DNA from: Eledone cirrhosa
Taxonomy: Eukaryota
Direction: 5' to 3'
NCBI GenBank assembly: GCA_964016885.1
Contig: OZ024742.1
Span: 17,546,001 to 17,610,000 of the forward strand
Length of the DNA: 64,000 nucleotides
Of the stretch, positions 55,121 to 64,000 are shown piece by piece (the stretch's first letter is position 1; the number at the start of each line of letters is the position of its first letter). A program made the position numbers and the translations under genes. A model generated the notes under the pieces. It saw nothing but the letters and a program-made list of their open reading frames with translations. It did no database searches and had not been told where the DNA came from.

Positions 55121-55749
55121 TCAGAAAACTGAACTATACAACAATACACAAAATAATTCAGCACAATAAATACAACAGGCATAACTCCTAGTAAAACTAA
55201 ACGCCCTCATGAATCATAGAAAATGAATGCACCTGGTTATTGAATAGATGAAAATGTTATTTAAGAGAAAACTCATTAAACATGTATTATACAATTATAA
55301 ACTATCATTAATATTATATTGTTAAGAAAAAGGAAAAATAAGAACCTCCTTGTAACAACAAACCACAAGCCTTGAAACTACTGTATACACTCCAGATTAG
55401 AAACAAATTCACCTGAAAACATAAACTTTATGATTCTGTTATTAGATATGCATGTACTACACTTTCTCGCCTGCTGATCATGGTTGCATTAAAACACATA
55501 AATATCGTATCATAAAATATGTATAAAACTACGTGTAAAGGTATAATTCGATAATACAACTCTTTTATATAGACCCTCTAAGTCTGATATCGAATCTAGT
55601 GCTGACCAGGTTGACATACACATCCACCATTTTGTCTTTATTTTTGCTGTATCATGGGGCATTCAATTCACCATGATGCATCGGTGTGGTATTTTGTAAG
55701 TTTGGGTGTTCTTTGTTTTAGTTGAAGGGATTGTGGTAATTATGGCTAA

Positions 55750-56250
55750 ATGGCTTACGGTAAAGGTTAGCTTCTCCTGTTTAGACAGTATAGTTTCAAA
55801 CATCGCAAGTTTTAACAGAACAAAGCTTCTAACCACACACCAGCCCTGCAATCGTCGAAACTCTTCCAACCGCCTTCTATGTAGATCTTGCCTCTTTAAG
55901 ACCAATGTCTGCAGAGGTACCTTCTCCCCACCAGATGGTGTCCAAAGGTACTAAACGGGCATAGTAATAGTTTCAAGGGTAGATTTACCCAGCAGATACA
56001 CTTATTTAGGTGAAGTTACAGGGAGAACCATACCACCCTATCTCGTTTCTTGTGAAGGCTTCTTGACCAAGGATTAAATTGAGCATTCTAGTCAGAGAAC
56101 TCCCATACACCTACAGAGAACGCAACTGTCAAATCTGCCTCCGCAAGAGATTGTATATACTGCAATCACCTACGATATCCATCATCAGGAAAACTGACCT
56201 AACGTGTTGCTGTCACCAAAGAAGTATCCTCCAAGACAACTTCAAACCAT
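55750..56250 (+). pseudogene. Decayed PLE C-terminal region with GIY-YIG endonuclease (Neptune-like pattern)
   Basis: TVKVSFSCLDSIVSNIASFNRTKLL...CNRRN...CL, then FKGRFTQQIHLFR, then SILVRELPY...CQICLRKRLYIL...RKTDLTCCCHQ. This follows the KVSYSC...CNCR...FKxRxxxH...WSIL...PY...CxLCLxEK...NKRSEL...CxH pattern. Confidence 0.7.
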
Positions 56251-56931
56251 TGCCTTGGATATTCCACAAAGACGACTCTGATTACACCCGGCTCTCTCTG
56301 ACAGTTCTATTTAACTATTGTGTTTCGGTATACAATATTTTAATAACTTTTCTCAAATATAGTCACAAAATCAGAAAAATCTGTTTACTTCTTTCGTACT
56401 TTATTTTTACTTTTTCTTTTTTCCTTTATTTTATGTTATTTTTTTGTTAGATACATTGCGTTGCTAGGTGAGGGTTACGCCAGAAACAATCAAGTTAATT
56501 CTGCTATTTATTTAATAACATTTAACTGGTAAAAATAACCGTGAATCTTTCTTCAAATGAAACATTTAACAAATATTCCTTTGATGTTCAAAATGAGTGA
56601 TATTGTTGTCATCGTTTATCTCAAAATCGGACCTAGTCGGGCAAACCTATTATTAAAGGAATTCAAGCAGATGTCATCAGAAAGTTTCTTTTTGTTGATG
56701 TTGCTTTTTATTTGTTTAGCTTTTGCTTGCTTTTGTGTGTTGCTTTATTTTCCAGGAATACCGTACCCTTGAACCCACTCCACTACAAGCACCACATTAG
56801 CTATGTGCCACCCCCTTTTTTAAAATATATTATGTTGTTACAAGTTACAAGTTCTAGTAAGTCGAGTGACTGCATTTAGGCTTTCACGAGATTCGATGAA
56901 TAAGGATTTTTATTGTTAATATTCATTTATA

Positions 56932-57123
56932 GGGCGGTGGATTGGCAGTTTCGGTAGAGAGTCGGACACCATGCTTTGCAGCAAAGAGTTACGGTCCTGT
57001 ATGATCTGAGTTCAAATCCCGCCGATGTTAACTTTGCCTTTCATCCTTACGGGGTCGATAAAATAAAGTACCAGTAATACACTGGGATAATTGCTGGCCT
57101 TGTGCCTAAAGTAGAAACAATTA
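56932..57123 (+). mobile_element. tRNA-derived SINE with a Meta-domain-like core
   Basis: GGCGGTGGATTGGCAG head, GAGTTCAAATCCC B box, ACTTTGCCTTTCATCCTTACGGGGTCGATAAAATAAAGTACCAG core. Four copies lie in 56.9-60.1 kb. Confidence 0.85.
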
Positions 57124-59013
57124 CCCGAAATGTACCATTACGGCTTATTTTGGGGGGAGGGGGTTCATGCACCGAAAAAACGACACTACGAAACTGAAAA
57201 TTACAAATTCGCTAAACGATTGGAAATTACGGAAAAAACAATCGGCATTTACGCGCAACGTTTACTTGAAAGATCAAATTTATTAAGAATTAACACACCT
57301 TTTAATTCAAACTCTCATGAGCGAAATAATCCACTAATTTATTCAAAAATAATCATGTCATCCTCCTCTGGAATGTCAATTTTTTCCAAATTAGTGGATT
57401 CAATGATTCCTGTGGAATTTTCTTGTGACTCAATTGCCTGCAGAATTTTCGTCCCTAGTCTTTCATATTGAGCGATAGAGGTTGAATTGAATGGAGAGTT
57501 CTTATCCAGACAGCCTGCTCGTAGTGCATTCATGACACAGCTATCTGTGATTTTGTTCCATGAATTTCCCACCCAAGTCACGATCTCTTGAAGGCTGGGC
57601 TTCACGAAATTTCCCCGCTCAATCCTAACCATTGTTTTCGATGTAGTCATTTATTTCCATGCACAGATATCCTTCAATGGTTTATTCAGTGCGATATCAA
57701 GAGTCTGGAGATAGGCGGTCATTCCTGTGGGAATCATGATTTGATCGATTCTTCTTTTTGCAGGAAAGTTCTTCATATCTTTGGCGCGGTGCGTGCTAGC
57801 TGAATCCCAGACTATGAGACCTCTTTGGGTTCCACCCCAAATCAATGGCAGCATGAAATCGACCCACTTCCTTAAAATTGCCGGTGTGTACCACGCCCTT
57901 TCAGTTTCCAGAACACAGATACCTGAAACGCGTTCAATTTTATCTTTCTTGCCTTTAGTGATGATAAGAGGTGGGGCTTTTCTTCCGTCGAGACGAATTG
58001 CCAAGATACACGTAACTCGTGCACTTTCGTAACCAGTGAATGGAATATATATTGACGACGCCCCCTTTTGATCAATTGTAGATTGGGAGCTTTGACCCAT
58101 GAATACTGCTGTTTCATCCATAGCAATCATGTTGGAGAGACGGTAGTTAGAAAAGTATATTCCATCAACAAAAGACTTAAATGCGAGTGCACGTTTAATA
58201 ATCTCAGTATCGTCCAGTTTGAACAGTGTTGTCGAACTTCTCAGAGAAAATTCGTGTCGCTGAAGGAAATTATCCAGCCAGTGTTTGGATGCTTTGAATT
58301 CTTCTGGGACTATACCAAACTCTAGTGCATTTGTAAGGGCAAATTTTTGAATATCAGCCCTGTGAACAACCAAAGCTCTGGCTCTTCTTTCAGCAATCTA
58401 TTCACAGATGGCGTCTGCCAGCTCAAGAAATATCGGTTGTCGACCAGATCCACGCTTATGTTTCTTTGCATTTCCCTCATCCATGTCCTGACTGCGTTTA
58501 TTGTAGTCCATTCTCCATCTTTGAACCATTCGGCGATCCAGATTCTTTTCTTAGCAGAAAATAGTAAGATTCTTGCCCAGTGATTCCTCCACAATTCCTT
58601 TCTTGTACTCGACTGTATAACTATTCCTTCCTTTCATCTTGTCTAGGGCTGAAAATTATCTTCTCCCCTGAAGTTACTGATAAGCCATTACTTCCGGTGT
58701 GTACCCGCATTTGCATAAACAATATTGATTGCACGCACTTCCCCCTTTGCTTTCGTTAATTTCATTATCGATTTTTTTCACTTCCGCGCATTCCACAAAC
58801 TTCTTATACACCCGCTTATCAGTTAGTTTTACATTAAGATACAATCCTGTTCTATAATGGCTGATTGTACCAAATTTTCATAGCTGGCCATTTCTTTCTT
58901 TTGGCGTTCATTCTTGCTACGGCTTATTTTCGGGACATGGCTTAAATAAAATCATTCTGAAATATAGTGCAATGGCTTATTTTCGGGGGTGGCTTATAAT
59001 GGGGGAAACACGG
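57124..59013 (-). mobile_element. pogo-superfamily DNA transposon (DD35D), TA target site, left TIR largely deleted
   Basis: The right end is ...GGCTTATTTTCGGGGGTGGCTTATAATGGGGGAAACACGG followed by TA. GGCTTATTTT subterminal repeats occur at both ends. The left end reads TA then CCCGAAA. Confidence 0.85.
57339..58637 (-). pseudogene. pogo-type DDE transposase, disrupted
   Basis: Starts MKGRNSYTVEYKKGIVE (58637) with an early stop. CENP-B-type HTH (FKASKHWLDNFLQRH). Catalytic MDET, WDSASTH and LQTLD with 35 residues between the last two Asp. Frameshift near 57655. Confidence 0.88.
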
Positions 59014-59199
59014 TATTATATAGCTGGGATTGATTTAATCAACTTTGCCCTTCTGAAAATATTCACTGGCCTTGTGCCTTGATTAGAAATCAATATTCGT
59101 GTAAATACAATATTGATTTCGTGTATATTGTATTTACACGAATCTGTAGTCAGGGTAATAAGATGTGGCCTGCGTGTGCATGTATATTATTACCGATCG

Positions 59200-59568
59200 C
59201 GGTGGTTTGGCAGTACCGGTAGAGCGTCAGACATCATGCTTTGCAGCATATTTATGGCCATTTGCGTTCTAGGTTCAAATCCGTCGAGGTTAACTTTGCC
59301 TTTCATCCTTACGAGGTCGATAACATAAATTACCAGTAATGCACTGGGGTAATCGTTGGCCTTGTGCCAAAAGTAGAAACGCTGGCGGTGGATTGGCAGT
59401 ATCAGTAGAGAGTCAGACACCATGCTTTCTAGTATAGTTACGTCCCTTTACGGTCTCAGTTCAAATCCCGTCGAGGTTAACTTTGCCTTTCATCCTTACG
59501 GGGTCGATAAAATAAAGTACCAGTAATGTACTGAGGTAATTGCTGGCCATGTGCCCAAAGTAGAAACA
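59200..59568 (+). mobile_element. Head-to-tail SINE dimer (59200-59380 and 59384-59568)
   Basis: Two copies of the 56932 family, flanked by the direct repeat ATTATTACCGATCG. Confidence 0.85.
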
Positions 59569-59854
59569 ATTATTACCGATCGTCTAACGTAAAGGGGATA
59601 AATAATTAAACTACCCCTTCTTGGATTAACAGGCTACTCTCCCCAGATTATAAAACCTGTGTTTTTGTGTTGTTATTTCGTGATCTTGAAATATGTTGAT
59701 AATTCTCCTTGCGTGGCTAATGAGCCCAACCTAATTAAGAAAACTATTATAACAAGTAGTACGGATTATATTTTAATACATTCATAAGAATATTTGTGTT
59801 GGTTTTGTCGTGGTTCAGATTCTAAACTCTTAAAATTTATCCATGCACGATGTT

Positions 59855-60032
59855 AGTATCGGTAGAGGGTCGGACGCCATGCTTTTACGCATAGAGTTAC
59901 GGCCCTTGCCATTCTGAGTTTAAATCCCGTCGAGGTTAACTTTGCCTTTCATCCTTACGGGGTCGATAAAATAAAGTACCAGTAATGCAATGGGTAATTG
60001 CTGGTCTTGTGCCAAAAGTAGAAACAATTATT
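59855..60032 (+). mobile_element. SINE copy, slightly 5'-truncated
   Basis: Same core and tail as the 56932 copy. Confidence 0.85.
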
Positions 60033-60979
60033 TTTTCAAACAGTAATGGATTTAGGTTTAGAATATGGCATCCTTTCTTTTTCCTGTTTTCATAATTCTG
60101 TATTTACATCCCCCATTTTTAAATGTGCATATGCATTTACTCAGGTAAGTCTTTAACACTATAACAGCGTATGTTTAGTTAAGTCTCAAGTGCTTTCTAT
60201 TCTTCTTTAATCCCTGCATTTTTCTCCTCGTAGAAATGAATTTATTCAGGATATTCCAGTGATTATAGTACTTTCAATGCCAAATTCTCGACAAAGATAA
60301 GATATAACTCCCTATAAAAATATAGATTTACAAATAGCTAGCATAATATCGCACAAAATGAAAGAAATATATCAAAAATGAACCACTCAGCATTTAAAAA
60401 CCAACAATAGATCTATGGATAGAAATATTGCAAAGTAGCCTCATTTAATATTGTCAGCTTTATTTATAAGACATTCGTGAGTTGGAATTTATGGTGACTG
60501 ATATTCACGGTATAATCAAGGGGCTTCTATTATAGCTTGATAATCGTATTGAATTTTATTCCAGAATGTTATTTGGATGAGATTACAAGATATAGTAGGA
60601 AACTATATTTCTAATATTCAATGGAAGTTCTGCTGAGAAATTTATGTTTCAAATTTGATTACACATAATTTTTTCTTTTATTTTCTTATTTAGCTACTTG
60701 TTTGTTAACGTGAGGCATTGCTTCGTTTATTCTTATAAATACTGTTAAAGACAAGCAATGATGTAGTGTAAGACTATTTCTCTCTTCACGTGATATAAGA
60801 TCGTATCCCCATCACTAAAACAGTGTTGAAACTTTTTGTTAAGAAAATATATTTTCTCTGATCCAAGAACTTGTGTTAGTAGTTGTCTTAATAGGAAACC
60901 TTAAAATAGTTGGAAATTGAACGGACTAAGAAGGAAGATATAAGTGAGAAGGGATTGATACACTGCTTCAAAACAACTT

Positions 60980-61021
60980 CACACACACACAAACACACAA
61001 ACACACACGCACACGCGCACG

Positions 61022-61105
<84 letters not shown>
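60980..61105. repeat. (CA)n microsatellite
   Basis: Directly visible. Confidence 0.98.
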
Positions 61106-61106
<1 letters not shown>

Positions 61107-61124
61107 TCATATCTACCTAGATGA

Positions 61125-61342
61125 TGTTGTCTAAATTCCAATGAAAGAGTCTCTCGCTCGGTGAAAATTTATAAAATAATAAAACTGTAACAACATACGC
61201 GATTGTTTCTTCATAGGTTCTTTTTACCAAATTCCTCACAAGTTATTAACCAACTCGATACTATAACACAAAATGTTACCTAAAATGTAACGTAGTTGTA
61301 CATTAGCAGCACTTCTGTGGTTACACAACGAACTTCTTAACC
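61125..61342 (-). mobile_element. Probable old, diverged SINE
   Basis: The minus strand begins GGTGCAAGCTTGGCTGCGTGGTTAAGAAGTTCG (A-box-like head) and runs toward the (CA)n tract. The rest is heavily diverged. Confidence 0.4.
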
Positions 61343-61780
61343 ACGCAGCCAAGCTTGCACCCATTGTGATAGAATCCATGAGACAAATTCTCCAAAAATG
61401 TCATGAAAGCAAACAATTTAGTTTTCATTAAATCTGTCTATGCCAGTTCAGCTGTCATTCAACGAGATTCGCGTATTTAGGCAGATAGTCAAACGTATCA
61501 TAACAACAGGTCTTGAAATGCGTGAAATGATAGCATAACAAGAATGAAATGAACAACAACTTCATCGACAAAAGCAATAAAACTACTGCAAAATTAACAT
61601 TAGAAACGTTCATTAAAATGAAGCCGATGAAACACATCTTAGAAAACGCCATATTTTTTCTTTTAATCAGGAGAATTTAAATTGTAGCCAAGTAAACTGC
61701 CGGTGGCATATTGAAATTCACACTGAAAATGAAACTGTTTCTTGGCTGTTGTATTTTTGTTTATTTGTTCATATGTATAC

Positions 61781-62120
61781 ATTTATTTTTATATATTTGC
61801 TTCATTTTTCATGCATTTATTTTTATATATTTGCTTCATTTTTCATGCATTTATTTTTATATATTTGCTTCATTTTTCATGCATTTATTTTTATATATTT
61901 GCTTCATTTTTCATGCATTTATTTTTATATATTTACTTCATTTTTCATGCATTTATTTTTATATATTTACTTCATTTTTCATGCATTTATTTTTATATAT
62001 TTACTTCATTTTTCATGCATTTATTTTTATATATTTGCTTCATTTTTCATGCATTTATTTTTATATATTTACTTCATTTTTCATGCATTTATTTTTATAT
62101 ATTTGCTTCATTTTTCATGC
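61781..62120. repeat. 34-bp minisatellite, 10 copies
   Basis: ATTTATTTTTATATATTT(G/A)CTTCATTTTTCATGC repeated 10 times. Confidence 0.96.
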
Positions 62121-62254
62121 AATGCTTTCAATTTTTAGTTTTTTTTTCTGTTCATTAATCTATTTATAACTTTCAAACAAAAACACAATAACACTGTGAT
62201 GGGAGTTATTTATTTCATATTAACAGAAGCAGCTGTCACTATATCAATTAATTT

Positions 62255-62314
62255 ATAATAATAATAATAACAATAACAACAACAACAACAACAATAATAA
62301 TACTAATGATAATG

Positions 62315-62358
<44 letters not shown>

Positions 62359-62923
62359 AATGAAGAGAAGAAAAGAGAAGAAAAGCAACAACAAAAAGCT
62401 GAAGGAGTAAAACATGAGAGGAGAATATTAATAATGACAATATTGATAATTGTGATTATTATTGTTGTAATGGTGGTGATGATGATGATGATGATGATGA
62501 TGAGAACCACAGAGGCTGGGGTGGTATTGAGATGGGGGTGGGTTGAGAGGAATGTCAAAAGTGTAAAGGTGGCATGTAAAGTAATAGTAAAAAGAAGAAA
62601 GTGAAAAGGATGAAATATGTGGGAAGATGAAACAACAACAAAAACAAGCGAATTAAAGAAAAACAAAAAAAAAGCATAGATGAAATATGGTAATAAATGA
62701 TGATGATGATGATGGCCATGATGACGATGGTGGTGGTGGTGACGATGGTGGTGGTAGGAGTGATAATGATGAAGATGATGATATTGATGACAATGGTATT
62801 GATGACGACGATGATGGTGGTGGTAGAGGCGATGGTGATAATGAAGATGATGATGGTTATGGTGATAAAGAAGAAGAAGAAGAAGAAGAAGAAGAAGAAG
62901 AAGAAGAAGAAGAAGAAGAAGAA
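62255..62923. repeat. Low-complexity trinucleotide cluster (AAT/AAC, GAT/GGT, GAA)
   Basis: Directly visible; explains the poly-L/D/E/K ORFs. Confidence 0.92.
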
Positions 62924-63440
62924 ACCCACAACAACAAGACCAAATACTGCTAGTGTAACGTTAACTGAACTGTTAGGTAAGAAGATGTTAAATTTAGACT
63001 ATGGCAATCTTCTTTTATCAGTCAACACAGAGTGGTCTGTTTCTTCATTGATAAAGATCTGCCAGATATCAACATAAAATATAACTACGTTTACTTTGTA
63101 AACTGGGACTTGCGCAATATTTAATAATGTTCTCTTCTTATTAAAGTTTTTTCTATGTTGTTTTATATATTATTTAACATCGTGAATTATGTCTATTAGA
63201 CATTTTTCGTTCTTATTAAATATTTTAGTGTGTTGACAGTTTTAATATTTTAAGTAGTTTTAAAACTTATTTTAAATATTTATCTATTTACTATTTTGAA
63301 AAATAATTGAATGCAATGTACCAAGTATATGACATAACACACGCACCCACACATCGGTGAATTGGTAGGTCCGTTCCGTTTAAGTATAGTATGTTATGCT
63401 GTACGTTCCTACTTATTTTTAATTATATATATATATATAT

Positions 63441-64000
63441 AAGCAAAGAGATATTTAATTTGTTGGTAATTCAACAAATACATTTATAACAGATTCGAAG
63501 CACTCGACAAGTTTTCTGGAGTATAATATCAATGATATTAATAAATGGAAACTATATTTATAAAACCATATTTATTCTATTATATATATTTCAAGGGTAC
63601 CAAAACTTTGGTAAGCTCTCATCAGATAAAATACAAAGTTTGTTTTATAAATAGTGACATACCTAGGAATGAGACCTTAACGGTTCAGGTTCCAAATATA
63701 TATAAAATGGCGAGCTGTGTGGTTGCAATTAAGTTTAATCAAAATAAAAGTTACGGGCGAAAGAAAGCAATATCCATCGTCAGTTGTCTGCTAGGAATCA
63801 TAGGTATTTCTTCGCGTTAGAGACACGATACTTCAGCCTAGGGCGAACAATAACTAAAATAAGTTATTGGGATAAAAAAAGGAGGAGAGAGAGAAAAAAT
63901 GTAAACAGACACGAAGTGTGAAGCAACAAAAAGAGAGGAAAAATCAAGTCAATAACTCATTTCGAACATAAGTTCTGGCGGGTTTGACGATCTCTTTTCG
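63441..64000 (-). mobile_element. Hammerhead-bearing PLE-type terminal segment ending at (TA)n (probably runs off the right edge)
   Basis: Contains the HHR at 63573-63633, shares sequence with 26113-26383 and 24574-24700, and abuts (TA)n at 63424-63441. Confidence 0.6.
63573..63633 (-). ncRNA. Minimal type I hammerhead ribozyme motif, canonical core
   Basis: Minus strand TATTTTAT-CTGATGA-GAG-CT-TACCAAA-GT-TTTGGTA-CC-CTT-GAAA-TATATA-TA/ATAGAATA. 8-bp stem I, long stem II, palindromic loop III (manual fold). Confidence 0.75.

Noticed and set aside
62253-63077. Poly-Asp/Glu/Lys/Leu ORFs
   Set aside because: They derive from trinucleotide microsatellites and have no domain or splice evidence.

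Overview
AT-rich eukaryotic repeat DNA with no recognisable host gene. The SINE families and microsatellite density suggest an octopus or other cephalopod (inference). Layout: a 50-bp satellite (1-15.7 kb), a 15-kb mobile-element island (15.7-31 kb), a 33/30-bp satellite (31-52.7 kb), then a 5'-truncated 5S rRNA copy, two Penelope-like relics, a degraded DD35D pogo transposon, tRNA-derived SINEs and microsatellites. The island holds a near-full-length decayed Penelope-like element (RT plus C-terminal GIY-YIG, ~0.7-kb pseudo-LTRs, in-frame Asn-rich insert) and a decayed Tx1/L1-type ORF2. The most notable signal is a cluster of type I hammerhead-ribozyme (HHR) motifs, found by eye, from several sequence-unrelated short elements. 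Some use the U3-A8 core variant. Most lie about 75-165 nt upstream of a (TA)n tract and often occur as fold-back pairs; one such pair brackets the Tx1 ORF2 like terminal inverted repeats. All HHR folds are manual and untested.
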